From assembly GCA_964016885.1 (NCBI GenBank), contig OZ024743.1, forward strand, positions 223,076,001-223,140,000: a stretch of DNA of 64,000 nucleotides. The letters run 5' to 3'. The position numbers and the translations under genes are program-made. The notes beneath the pieces were generated by a model. It was given only the letters and a program-made list of their open reading frames with translations, was not told the DNA's origin and made no database searches. Every line of letters begins with the position of its first letter. The first letter of the stretch is position 1. Below, piece by piece: positions 38,301 through 53,300 of this stretch. Source of the stretch: Eledone cirrhosa (Eukaryota).

Positions 38301-41300
38301 ATGCTGGGACAATGCCTTCAAAGGTACAGTTGACTATATCCACGCTGGGACACTGCCTTCAAAGGTACAGTTGACTGTATCCATGCTGGGACACTGCCTT
38401 CAAAGGTACAGTTGACTGTATCCATGCTAGGACATTGCCTTCAAAGGTACAGTTGACTGTCTCCATGCTGGGACACTGCCTTCAAAGGTACAGTTGACTG
38501 TATCCATGCTAGGACGTTGATTTCTAAGGTACAGTTGACTGTACTGATGCTAGGACACTGCTTTCAAAGGTACAGTTGACTGTATCCAAGCTGGGACACT
38601 GCCTTCAAAGGTACAGTTGACTGTATCCATGCTGGGACACTGCTTTCTAAGGTACAGTTGACTGTATCCAAGCTGGGACATTGCCTTCAAAGGTAGAGTT
38701 GACTGTATGCAAGCTGGGACACTGCCTGCTAAGGTACAGTTGACTGTATCCATGCTAGGACATTGCCTTCAAAGGTAGAGTTGACTGTATCCAAGCTGGG
38801 ACACTGCTTTCTAAGGTACAGTTGACTATATCCATGCTAGGACATTGCCTTCAAAGGTACAGTTGACTGTATCCATGCTAGGACACTGTATTCAAAGGTA
38901 CAGTTGACTGTATCCATGCTAGGACATTGATTTCTAAGGTACAGTTGACTGTATTGATGCTAGGACACTGCTTTCAAAGGTACAGTTGACTGTATCCAAG
39001 CTGGGACACTACTTTCTAAGGTACAGTTGACTGTATCCATGCTGGGACACTGCCTTCAAATGTACAGTTGACTGTATCCATGCTAGGATATTGCTGTCTA
39101 TGGTACAGTTGACTGTATCCATGCTGGGACACTGCCTTCAAAGGTACAGTTGACTGTATCCATGCTGGGACACTGCTTTCTAAGGTACAGTTGACTATAT
39201 CCATGCTAGGACATTGCCTTCAAATGTACAGTTGAATGTATCCATGCTGGGACACTGCCTTCAAAGGTACAGTTGACTGTATCCATGCTGGGACACTGCG
39301 TTCTAAGGTACAGTTGACTATATCCATGCTAGGACATTGCCTTCAAAGGTACAGTTGACTGTATCCATGCTAGGACACTGCATTCAAAGGTACAGTTGAC
39401 TGTATCCATGCTAGGACATTGCTTTCAAATGTACAGTTGACTGTCTCCATGCTGGGACACTGCTTTCAAAGGTACAGTTGACTGTATCCAAGCTGGGACA
39501 CTACTTTCTAAGGTACAGTTGACTGTATCCATGCTGGGACACTGCCTTCAAATGTACAGTTGACTGTATCCATGCTAGGATATTGCTCTCTAAGGTACAG
39601 TTGACTGTATCCATGCTGGGACACTGCCTTCAAAGGTACAGTTGACTGTATCCATGCTGGGACACTGCTTTCTAAGGTACAGTTGACTATATCCATGCTA
39701 GGACATTGCCTTCAAATGTACAGTTGAATGTATCCATGCTGGGACACTGCCTTCAAAGGTACAGTTGACTGTATCCAAGCTGGGACATTGCCTTCAAAGG
39801 TAGAGTTGACTGTATGCTAGCTGGGACACTGCCTTCTAAGGTACAGTTGACTGTATCCATGCTAGGACATTGCCTTCAAAGGTAGAGTTGACTGTATCCA
39901 AGCTGGGACACTGCTTTCTAAGGTACAGTTGACTATATCCATGCTTGCACATTGCCTTCAAAGGTACAGCTGACTGTATCCATGCTGGGACACTGCTTTC
40001 TAAGGTACAGTTGACTGTATCCATGCTGGGACATTGCCTTCAAAGGTACTGTTTACTCTATCCATGCTAGGACATTGCCTTCAAAGGTAGAGTTGACTGT
40101 ATCCAAGCTGGGACACTGCTTTCTAAGGTACAGTTGACTATATCCATGCTAGGACATTGCCTTCAAAGGTACAGTTGACTGTATACATGTTAGGACATTG
40201 CCTTCAAAGGTACAGTTGACTGTATCCATGCTAGGACATTGCTTTCAAAGGTACAGTTGACTGTCTCCATGCTGGGACACTGCCTTCAAAGGTACAGTTG
40301 ACTGTATCCCTGCTAGGACATTGATTTCTAAGGTACAGTTGACTGTATTGATGCTAGGACACTGCCTTCAAAGGTAGAGTTGACTGTATCCAAGCTGGGA
40401 CATTGCCTTCAAAGGTACAGTTGACTGTATCCATGCTAGGACATTGCCTTCAAAGGTACAGTTGACTGTATCCATGCTAGGACATTGGTTTCTAAGTTAC
40501 AGTTGACTGTATTGATGCTAGGACACTGCCTTCAAAGGCACAGTTGACTGTATCCATGTTGGGACACTGCCTTCAAGGGTACAGTTAACTGTATCCATGC
40601 TAGGACATTGGTTTCTAAGTTACAGTTGACTGTATTGATGCTAGGACACTGCCTTCAAAGGCACAGTTGACTGTATCCAATCTGGGACAATGCTTTCTAA
40701 GGTACAGTAGTCTGTCTCCATGCTGGGACACTGCCTTCAAAGGTACAGTTGACTGTATCCATGCTGTGACACTGCCTTTAAAGGTACAGTTGACTGTATC
40801 CAAGCTGGTACACTGCCTTCAAAGGTAATTGACTGTATTGCTGCTAGGACACTGCCTTCAAAGGTACAGTTGAATGTATCCAAGTTGGGACACTGCTTTC
40901 TAAGGTACAGTTGACTGTGTCCATGCTGGGACACTGCTTTCTAAGGTACAGTTGACTGTATCCAAGCTGGGACAGTGCTTTCTAAGGTGGAGTTGACTGT
41001 ATCCATGCTGGGACACAGCTTTCTATGGTACAGTTGACTGTATCGATGCTGGGACACTGCCTTCAAAGGTACAGTTGACTGTATCCATGCTGGGACACTG
41101 CTTTCTAAGGTACAGTTGACTGTGTCCATGCTGGGACACTGCCCTCAAAGGTACAGTTGACTGTATCCATGCTGGGACACTGCTTTCTAAGGTACAGTTG
41201 ACTGTATCCAAGCTGGGACACTGCTTTCTAAGGTACAGTTGATTGTATCCAAGCTGGGACACTGCTTTCTAAGGTAGAGTTGACTGTATCCATGCTGGGA

Positions 41301-44300
41301 CACTGCCCTCAAAGGTACAGTTGACTGTATCCATGCTGGGACACTGCTTTCTAAGGTACAGTTGACTGTGTCCAATCTGGGACAATGCTTTCTCAGGTAC
41401 AGTTGACTGTATCCAAGCTGGGACACTGCCTTCAAAGGTACAGTTGACTGTATCCATGCTGGGACACTGCCCTCAAAGGTACAGTTGACTGTATCCATGC
41501 TGGGACACTGCTTTCTAAGGTACAGTTGACTGTATCCAAGCTGGGACACTGCTTTCTAAGGCGGAGTTGAGTGTATCCATGCTGGGACACTACTTTTTAA
41601 GGTACAGTTGACTGTATCCATGCTGGCACACTGCCTTCAAAGGTACAGTTGGCTGTATCCATTCTGGGACACTGCTTTCTAAGGTACAGTTGACTGTATC
41701 TAAGTTGGGACACTGCTTTATAAGGTAGAGTTGACTTTATCCATGCTGGGACACTGCTTTCTAAGGTACAGTTGACTGTATCCATGCTGGGACCTTGTCT
41801 TCAAAGGTACAGTTGACTGTATCCAAGCTGGGACACTGCCTTCAAAGGTACAGTTGACTGTATCCATGCTGGGACACTGCTTTCTAAGGTAGAGTTGACT
41901 GTATGCAAGCTGGGACACTGCTTTCTAAGGTACAGTTGACTGTATCTATGCTGGGACACTGCTTTCTAAGGTACAGTTGACTGTATCCAAGCTAGGACAC
42001 TGCCTTCAAAGGTAGAGTTGACTATATTAATGATAGGACACTGCTTTCTAAGGTAAAGTTGACTGTATTGAGGATAGGACATTGCCTTCAAAGGTAGAGT
42101 TGACTGTATCTATGATGGGACACTGCCTTCAAAGGTACAGTTGACTGGATCCATGCTGGGACAATGCCTTCAAAGGTACAGTTGACTATATCCACGCTGG
42201 GACACTGCCTTCAAAGGTACAGTTGACTGTATCCATGCTGGGACACTGCCTTCAAAGGTACAGTTGACTGTATCCATGCTAGGACATTGCCTTCAAAGGT
42301 ACAGTTGACTGTCTCCATGCTGGGACACTGCCTTCAAAGGTACAGTTGACTGTATCCATGCTAGGACGTTGATTTCTAAGGTACAGTTGACTGTACTGAT
42401 GCTAGGACACTGCTTTCAAAGGTACAGTTGACTGTATCCAAGCTGGGACACTGCCTTCAAAGGTACAGTTGACTGTATCCATGCTGGGACACTGCTTTCT
42501 AAGGTACAGTTGACTGTATCCAAGCTGGGACATTGCCTTCAAAGGTAGAGTTGACTGTATGCAAGCTGGGACACTGCCTGCTAAGGTACAGTTGACTGTA
42601 TCCATGCTAGGACATTGCCTTCAAAGGTAGAGTTGACTGTATCCAAGCTGGGACACTGCTTTCTAAGGTACAGTTGACTATATCCATGCTAGGACATTGC
42701 CTTCAAAGGTACAGTTGACTGTATCCATGCTAGGACACTGTATTCAAAGGTACAGTTGACTGTATCCATGCTAGGACATTGATTTCTAAGGTACAGTTGA
42801 CTGTATTGATGCTAGGACACTGCTTTCAAAGGTACAGTTGACTGTATCCAAGCTGGGACACTACTTTCTAAGGTACAGTTGACTGTATCCATGCTGGGAC
42901 ACTGCCTTCAAATGTACAGTTGACTGTATCCATGCTAGGATATTGCTGTCTATGGTACAGTTGACTGTATCCATGCTGGGACACTGCCTTCAAAGGTACA
43001 GTTGACTGTATCCATGCTGGGACACTGCTTGCTAAGGTACAGTTGACTATATCCATGCTAGGACATTGCCTTCAAATGTACAGTTGACTGTATCCATGCT
43101 GGGACACTGCCTTCAAAGGTACAGTTGACTGTATCCATTCTAGGATATTGCCTTCACAGGTACAGTTGACTGTATCCATGCTGGGACACTGCTTTCTAAG
43201 GTACAGTTGACTATATCCATGCTAGCACATTGCCTTCAAAGGTACAGTTAACTGTATCCATGCTGGGACACTGCTTTCTAAGGTACAGTTGACTGTATCC
43301 AAGCTGGGACACTGCCTTCAAAGGTAGAGTTGACTGTATGCAAGCTGGGACACTGCTTTCTAAGGTACAGTTGACTATATCCATGCTAGCACATTGCCTT
43401 CAAAGGTACAGTTGACTGTATCCATGCTGGGACACTGCTTTCTAAGGTACAGTTGACTATATCCATGCTAGCACATTGCCTTCAAAGGTAGAGTTGACTG
43501 TATGCAAGCTGGGACACTGCCTTCTAAGGTACAGTTGACTGTATCCATGCTAGGACATTGCCTTCAAAGGTAGAGTTGACTGTATCCAAGCTGGGACACT
43601 GCTTTCTAAGGTACAGTTGACTGTATCCATGCTGGGACATTGCCTTCAAAGGTACTGTTTACTGTATCCATGCTAGGACATTGCCTTCAAAGGTAGAGTT
43701 GACTGTATCCAAGCTGGGACACTGCTTTCTAAGGTACAGTTGACTATATCCATGCTAGGACATTGCCTTCAAAGGTACAGTTGACTGTATCTATGCTGGG
43801 ACACTGCCTTCAAAGGTACAGTTGACTGTATCTATGCTGGGACACTGCCTTCAAAGGTACAGTTGACTGTATACATGTTAGGACATTGCCTTCAAAGGTA
43901 CAGTTGACTGTATCCATGCTAGGACATTGCTTTCAAAGGTACAGTTGACTGTCTCCATGCTGGGACACTGCCTTCAAAGGTACAGTTGACTGTATCCATG
44001 CTAGGACATTGATTTCTAAGGTACAGTTGACTGTATTGATGCTAGGACACTGCCTTCAAAGGTAGAGTTGACTGTATCCAAGCTGGGACATTGCCTTCAA
44101 AGGTACAGTTGACTGTATCCATGCTAGGACATTGCCTTCAAAGGTACAGTTGACTGTATCCATGCTGGGACACTGCCTTCAAGGGTACAGTTGACTGTAT
44201 CCATGCTAGGACATTGGTTTCTAAGTTACAGTTGACTGTATCCAAGCTGGGACACTGCCTTCAAAGGTACAGCTGACTGTATCCATGCTGGGACACTGCC

Positions 44301-47300
44301 TTCAAAGGTACAGTTGACTGTATCCAAGCTAGGACATTGGTTTCTAAGTTACAGTTGACTGTATCCATGCTGGGACACTGCCTTCAAAGGTACAGTTGAC
44401 TGTATCCAAGCTAGGACACTGCCTTCAAAGGCACAGTTGACTGTATCCATGCTGGGACACTGCCTTCAAGGGTACAGTTAACTGTATCCATGCTAGGACA
44501 TTGGTTTCTAAGTTACAGTTGACTGTATTGATGCTAGGACACTGCCTTCAAAGGCACAGTTGACTGTATCCAATCTGGGACAATGCTTTCTAAGGTACAG
44601 TAGTCTGTCTCCATGCTGGGACACTGCCTTCAAAGGTACAGTTGACTGTATCCATGCTGGGACACTGCCTTCAAAGGTACAGTTGACTGTATCCAAGCTG
44701 GTACACTGCCTTCAAAGGTAATTTACTGTATTGCTGCTAGGACACTGCCTTCAAAGGTACAGTTGAATGTATCCAAGTTGGGATACTGCTTTCTAAGGTA
44801 CAGTTGACTGCGTCCATGCTGGGACACTGCTTTCTAAGGTACAGTTGACTGTATCCAAGCTGGGACACTGCTTTCTAAGGTGGAGTTGACTGTATCCATG
44901 CTGGGACACTGCTTTCTAAGGTACAGTTGACTGTATCCAAGCTGGGGCACTGCTTTCTAAGGTACAGTTGATTGTATCCAAGCTGGGACACTGCTTTCTA
45001 AGGTAGAGTTGACTGTATCCATGCTGGGACACTGCCCTCAAAGGTACAGTTGACTGTATCCATGCTGGGACACTGCTTTCTAAGGTACAGTTGACTGTGT
45101 CCATGCTGGGACAATGCTTTCTCAGGTACAGTTGACTGTATCCAAGCTGGGACACTGCCTTCAAAGGTACAGTTGACTGTATCCATGCTGGGACACTGCC
45201 CTCAAAGGTACAGTTGACTGTATCCATGCTGGGACACTGCTTTCTGAGGTACAGTTGACTGTATGCAAGCTGGGACACTGCTTTCTAAGGTGGAGTTGAG
45301 TGTATCCATGCTGGGACACTACTTTTTAAGGTACAGTTGACTGTATCCATGCTGGCACACTGCCTTCAAAGGTACAGTTGGCTGTATCCATCCTGGGACA
45401 CTGCTTTCTAAGGTACAGTTGACTGTATCTAAGTTGGGACACTGCTTCCTAAGGTAGAGTTGACTTTATCCATGCTGGGACACTGCTTTCTAAGGTACAG
45501 TTGACTGTATCCATGCTGGGACCATGTCTTCAAAGGTACAGTTGACTGTATCCAAGCTGGGACACTGCCTTCAAAGGTACAGTTGACTGTATCCATGCTG
45601 GGACACTGCTTTCTAAGGTAGAGTTGACTGTATGCAAGCTGGGACACTGCTTTCTAAGGTACAGCTGACTGTATCTATGCTGGGACACTGCTTTCTAAGG
45701 TACAGTTGACTGTATCCAAGCTAGGACACTGCCTTCAAAGGTAGAGTTGACTATATTAATGATAGGACACTGCTTTCTAAGGTAAAGTTGACTGTATTGA
45801 GGATAGGATATTGCCTTCAAAGGTACAGTTGACTGTATCTATGATGGGACACTGCCTTCAAAGGTACAGTTGACTGTATCCATGCTGGGACAATGCCTTC
45901 AAAGGTACAGTTGACTATATCCACGCTGGGACACTGCCTTCAAAGGTACAGTTGACTGTATCCATGCTGGGACACTGCCTTCAAAGGTACAGTTGACTGT
46001 ATCCATGCCAGGACATTGCCTTCAAAGGTACAGTTGACTGTATCCATGCTGGGACACTGCCTTCAAAGGTACAGTTGACTGTATCCATGCTAGGACATTG
46101 CTTTCTAAGGTACAGTTGACTGTATTAATGCTAGGACACTGCCTTCAAAGGTACAGTTGACAGTATCCAAGATGGGACACTGCTTTCTAAGGTACAGTTG
46201 ACTGTATCCATGCTAGGACATTGCCTTCAAAGATACAGTTGACTGTATCCATGCTGGGACACTGCCTTCAAAGGTACAGTTGACTGTATCCATAGTGGGA
46301 CACTGCCTTCAAAGGTACAGTTGACTGTATCTAAGTTGGGACACTGCTTTCAAAGGTACAGTTGACTGTATCCATGCTGGGACACTGCCTTCAAAGGTAC
46401 AGTTGACTATATGCATGATGGGACACTGCTTTCTAAGGTACAGTTGACTGTATCCATGGTGGGACACTGCCTTCAAAGGTACAGTTGACTGTATCCACGG
46501 TGGGACACTGCCTTCAAAGGTACAGTTGACTGTATCCATGCTGGGATACTGCCTTCAAAGGTACAGTTGACTGTATCCACGCTGGGACACTGCCTTCAAA
46601 GGAACAGTTGACTGTATCCAGGGTGGGACACTGCCTTCAAAGGTACAGTTGACTGTATCTATGCTGGGACACTGCCTTCAAAGTTACAATTGACTGTATC
46701 CATGCTGGGACGATGCCTTCAAAGGTACAGTTGACTGTATCCATGGTGGGACACTGCCTTCAAAGGTACAGTTGACTGTATCCATGCTGGGACACTGCCT
46801 TCAAAGGTACAGTTGACTGTATCTATGCTGGGACACTGCCTTCAAAGGTACAGTTGACTGTATCTATGCTGGGACACTGCCTTCAAAGGTACAGTAGACT
46901 GTATCCATGCTGGGACACTGCCTTCAAAGGTTTCAGTTGACTGTATCCATGCTAGGACATTGCCTTCAAAGGTACAGTTGACTGTATCCATGCTGGGAAA
47001 CTGCCTTCAAATGTACAGTTGACTGTATCCATGGTGGGGCCCTGCTTTCTAAGGTACAGTTGACTGTATCCATGCTGGGACACTGCCTTCAAAGGTACAG
47101 TTGACTGTATCCATGGTGGGACACTGCCTTCAAAGTTACAGTTGACTGTATCTATGCTGGGACACTGCCTTCAAAGGTACAGTTGACTGTATCCATGCTG
47201 GGACACTGCCTTCAAAGGTACAGTTGACTGTATCCATGCTAGGACATTGCCTTCAAAGGTATAGTTGACGCTATCCATGCTGGGACACTGCCTTCAAAGG

Positions 47301-50300
47301 TACAGTTGACTGTATCCATGGTGGGACACTGCTTTCTAAGGTACAGTTGACTGTATCCATGGTGGGACACTGCCTTCAAAGGTACAGTTGACAGTATCCA
47401 TGGTGGGACACTGCCTTCTAAGGTACAGTTGACTGTATCCATGCTGGGACAATGCCTTCAAAGGTACAGTTGACTGTATCCATGCTAGGACATTGCTTTC
47501 TAAGGTACAGTTGACTGTATCCATGCTGGGACACTGCCTTCAAAGGTATAGTTGGCTGTATCCATCCTGGGACATTGCTTTCTAAGGTACAGTTGACTGT
47601 ATCTAAGTTGGGACACTGCTTCCTAAGGTAGAGTTGACTTTATCCATGCTGGGACACTGCTTTCTAAGGTACAGTTGACTGTATCCATGCTGGGACCATG
47701 TCTTCAAAGGTACAGTTGACTGTATCCAAGCTGGGACACTGCCTTCAAAGGTACAGTTGACTGTATCCATGCTGGGACACTGCTTTCTAAGGTAGAGTTG
47801 ACTGTATGCAAGCTGGGACACTGCTTTCTAAGGTACAGCTGACTGTATCTATGCTGGGACACTGCTTTCTAAGGTACAGTTGACTGTATCCAAGCTAGGA
47901 CACTGCCTTCAAAGGTAGAGTTGACTATATTAATGATAGGACACTGCTTTCTAAGGTAAAGTTGACTGTATTGAGGATAGGATATTGCCTTCAAAGGTAC
48001 AGTTGACTGTATCTATGATGGGACACTGCCTTCAAAGGTACAGTTGACTGTATCCATGCTGGGACAATGCCTTCAAAGGTACAGTTGACTATATCCACGC
48101 TGGGACACTGCCTTCAAAGGTACAGTTGACTGTATCCATGCTGGGACACTGCCTTCAAAGGTACAGTTGACTGTATCCATGCCAGGACATTGCCTTCAAA
48201 GGTACAGTTGACTGTATCCATGCTGGGACACTGCCTTCAAAGGTACAGTTGACTGTATCCATGCTAGGACATTGCTTTCTAAGGTACAGTTGACTGTATT
48301 AATGCTAGGACACTGCCTTCAAAGGTACAGTTGACAGTATCCAAGATGGGACACTGCTTTCTAAGGTACAGTTGACTGTATCCATGCTAGGACATTGCCT
48401 TCAAAGATACAGTTGACTGTATCCATGCTGGGACACTGCCTTCAAAGGTACAGTTGACTGTATCCATAGTGGGACACTGCCTTCAAAGGTACAGTTGACT
48501 GTATCTAAGTTGGGACACTGCTTTCAAAGGTACAGTTGACTGTATCCATGCTGGGACACTGCCTTCAAAGGTACAGTTGACTATATGCATGATGGGACAC
48601 TGCTTTCTAAGGTACAGTTGACTGTATCCATGGTGGGACACTGCTTTCAAAGGTACAGTTGACTGTATCTATGCTGGGACACTGCCTTCAAAGGTACAGT
48701 TGACTGTATCCACGGTGGGACACTGCCTTCAAAGGTACAGTTGACTGTATCCATGCTGGGATACTGCCTTCAAAGGTACAGTTGACTGTATCCACGCTGG
48801 GACACTGCCTTCAAAGGAACAGTTGACTGTATCCAGGGTGGGACACTGCCTTCAAAGGTACAGTTGACTGTATCTATGCTGGGACACTGCCTTCAAAGTT
48901 ACAATTGACTGTATCCATGCTGGGACGATGCCTTCAAAGGTACAGTTGACTGTATCCATGGTGGGACACTGCCTTCAAAGGTACAGTTGACTGTATCCAT
49001 GCTGGGACACTGCCTTCAAAGGTACAGTTGACTGTATCTATGCTGGGACACTGCCTTCAAAGGTACAGTTGACTGTATCTATGCTGGGACACTGCCTTCA
49101 AAGGTACAGTAGACTGTATCCATGCTGGGACACTGCCTTCAAAGGTTTCAGTTGACTGTATCCATGCTAGGACATTGCCTTCAAAGGTACAGTTGACTGT
49201 ATCCATGCTGGGAAACTGCCTTCAAATGTACAGTTGACTGTATCCATGGTGGGGCCCTGCTTTCTAAGGTACAGTTGACTGTATCCATCCTGGGACACTG
49301 CCTTCAAAGGTACAGTTGACTGTATCCATGGTGGGACACTGCCTTCAAAGTTACAGTTGACTGTATCTATGCTGGGACACTGCCTTCAAAGGTACAGTTG
49401 ACTGTATCCATGCTGGGACACTGCCTTCAAAGGTACAGTTGACTGTATCCATGCTAGGACATTGCCTTCAAAGGTATAGTTGACTCTATCCATGCTGGGA
49501 CACTGCCTTCAAAGGTACAGTTGACTGTATCCATGGTGGGACACTGCTTTCTAAGGTACAGTTGACTGTATCCATGGTGGGACACTGCCTTCAAAGGTAC
49601 AGTTGACAGTATCCATGGTGGGACACTGCCTTCTAAGGTACAGTTGACTGTATCCATGCTGGGACAATGCCTTCAAAGGTACAGTTGACTGTATCCATGC
49701 TAGGACAATGCTTTCTAAGGTACAGTTGACTGTATCCATGCTGGGACACTGCCTTCAAAGGTATAGTTGACTGTATCCATGCTAGGACATTGCTTTCTAA
49801 GGTACAGTTGACTGTATCCATGTTGGGACACTGCCTTCAAAGGTACAGTTGACTGTATCCATGCTGGGATACTGCCTTCAAAGGTACAGTTGACTGTATC
49901 CATGCTGGGACACTGCCTTCAAAGGAACAGTTGACTGTATCCATGGTGGGACACTGCCTTCAAAGGTACAGTTGACAGTATCTATGCTGGGACACTGCCT
50001 TCAAAGGTACAGTTGACTGTATCCATGCTGGGACAATGCCTTCAGAGGTACAGTTGACTGTATCCATGCTGGGACACTGCCTTCAAAGGTACAGTTGACT
50101 GTATCCATGGTGGGACACTGCCTTCAAAGGTACAGTTGACTGTATCTATGCTGGGACACTGACTTCAAAGGTACAGTTGACTGTATCTATGCTGGGACAC
50201 TGCCTTCAAAGGTACAGTTGACTGTATCCATGGTGGGACACTGCTTTCTAAGGTACAGTTGACTGTATCCATGCTGGGACACTGCCTTCAAAGGTACAGT

Positions 50301-53300
50301 TGACTGTATCCATGGTGGGACATTGCCTTCAAAGGTACAGTTGACTGTATCCATGCTGGGACATTGCCTTCAAAGGTACAGTTGACTGTATCCATGGTGG
50401 GACACTGCCTTCAAAGGTATAGTTGACTGTATCCATGGTGGGACACTGCCTTCAAAGGTACAGTTGACTGTATCCATGGTGGGACATTGCCTTAAAGGGT
50501 ATAGTTGACTGTATCCATGGTGGGACACTGCCTTCAAAGGTACTGTTTACTGTATCCATGGTGGGACACTGCCTTCTAAGGTACTGTTTACTGTATCCAT
50601 GCTGGGACACTGCCTTCAAAGGTTTCAGTTGACTGTATCCATGCTAGGACATTGCCTTCAAAGGTACAGTTGACTGTATCCATGCTGGGACACTGCCTTC
50701 AAAGGTACAGTTGACTGTATATATGCTGGGACACTGCCTCCAAAGGTACAGTTGACTGTATCCATGCTGGGACACTGCCTCCAAAGGTACAGTTGACTGT
50801 ATCCATGCTGGGACACTGCCTTCAAAGGTACAGTTGACTGTATCCATGCTAGTATATTGCTTTCTAAGGTACAGTTGACTGTATACATGCTGGGACACTG
50901 CTTTCAAAGGTACAGTTGACTGTATCCAAGCTAGGACATTGCTTTCTAAGGTAGAGTTGACTGTATCCAAGCTAGGACATTGATTTCTAAGGTACAGTTG
51001 ACTGTATCCATGCGGGGACACTGCATTCAAAGGTACAGTTGACTGTATCCATGCTAGGACATTGCTTTCAAAGGTACAGTTGACTGTCTCCATGCTGGGA
51101 CACTGCCTTCAAAGGTACAGTTGACTGTATCCATGCTAGGACATTGATTTCTAAGATACAGTTGACTGTATCCATGCTGGGACACTGCCTTCAAAGGTAC
51201 AGTTGACTGTATCCATGCTAGTATATTGCTTTCTAAGGTACAGTTGACTGTATACATGCTGGGACACTGCTTTCAAAGGTACAGTTGACTGTATCCAAGC
51301 TAGGACACTGCTTTCTAAGGTAGAGTTGACTGTATCCATGCTGGGACATTGCCTTCAAAGTTACAGTTGACTGTATCCATGGTGGGACACTGCCTTCAAA
51401 GGTACAGTTGACTGTTTCCATGGTGGGACACTGCCTTCAAAGGTACAGTTGACTGTATCCATGCTGGGACACTGCCTTCAAAGGTACAGTTGACTGTATC
51501 CATGCTAGGACACTGCCTTCAAAGGTACAGTTGACTCTATTCATGCTGGGACACTGCCTTCAAAGGTATAGTTGACTGTATCCATGCTGGGACAATGCCT
51601 TCAAAGGTATAGTTGACTGTATCCATGCTAGGACACTGCCTTCAAAGGTACAGTTGACTGTATCCATGCTGGGACACTGCCTTCAAAGGTATAGTTGACT
51701 GTATCCATGCTGGGACAATGCCTTCAAAGGTACAGTTGACTGTATCCATAGTGGGACACTGCCTTCAAAGGTACAGTTTATTGTATCCATGGTGGGACAC
51801 TGCCTTCAAAGGTACAGTTGACTGTATCCATGCTGGGACACTGCCTTCAAAGGTACAGTTGACTATATCCATGGTGGGACACTGCCTTCAAAGGTACAGT
51901 TGACTGTATCCATGGTGGGACACTGCCTTCAAAGGTACAGTTGACTGTATCCATGCTGGGACAATGCCTTCAAAGGTACAGTTGACTGTATCCATGGTGG
52001 GACACTGCCTTCAAAGGTACAGTTGACTGTATCCATGCTGGGACAATGCCTTCAAAGGTACAGTTGACTGTATCTATGCTGGGACACTGACTTCAAAGGT
52101 ACAGTTGACTGTATCTATGCTGGGACACTGCCTTCAAAGGTACAGTTGACTGTATCCATGCTGGGACACTGCCTTCAAAGGTACAGTTGAGTGTATCCAT
52201 GGTGGGACACTGCCTTCAAAGGTACAGTTGACTGTATCCATGGTGGGACACTGCTTTCTAAGGTACAGTTGACTGTATCCATGCTGGGACACTGCCTTCA
52301 AAGGTACAGTTGACTGTATCCATGGTGGGACATTGCCTTCAAAGGTACAGTTGACTGTATCCATGCTGGGACATTGCCTTCAAAGGTATAGTTGACTGTA
52401 TCCATGGTGGGACACTGCCTTCAAAGGTACAGTTGACTGTATCTATGCTGGGACACTGCCTTCAAAGGTACAGTTGACTGTATCCATGGTGGGACATTGC
52501 CTTCAAAGGTACAGCTGACTGTATCCATGCTGGGACACTGCCTTCAAAGGTATAGTTGACTGTATCCATGGTGGGACACTGCCTTCAAAGGTACAGTTGA
52601 CTGTATCCATGGTGGGACACTGCCTTCAAAGGTATAGTTGACTGTATCCATGGTGGGACACTGCCTTCAAAGGTAGAGTTGACTGTATCCATGGTGGGAC
52701 ATTGCCTTCAAAGGTACAGTTGACTGTATCCATGGTGGGACATTGCCTTCAAAGGTAGAGTTGACTGTATCCATGGTGGGACATTGCCTTCAAAGGTACT
52801 GTTTACTGTATCCATGGTGGGACACTGCCTTCTAAGGTACTGTTTACTGTATCCATGCTGGGACACTGCCTTCAAAGGTTTCAGTTGACTGTATCCATGC
52901 TAGGACATTGCCTTCAAAGGTACAGTTGACTGTATCCATGCGGGGACACTGCCTTCAAAGGTACAGTTGACTGTATCCATGGTGGGACACTGCTTTCTAA
53001 GGTACAGTTCACTGTATCCATGCTGGGACACTGCCTTCAAAGGTAGAGTTGACTGTATCCATGCTGGGACACTGCCTTCAAAGGTATAGTTGACTGTATC
53101 CATGCTGGGACAATGCCTTCAAAGGTACAGTTGACTGTATCCATGCTGGGACACTGCCTTCAAAGGTATAGTTGACTGTATCCATGCTGGGACAATGCCT
53201 TCAAAGGTATAGTTGACTGTATCCATAGTGGGACACTGCCTTCAAAGGTACAGTTTACTGTATCCATGGTGGGACACTGCCTTCAAAGGTACAGTTGACT

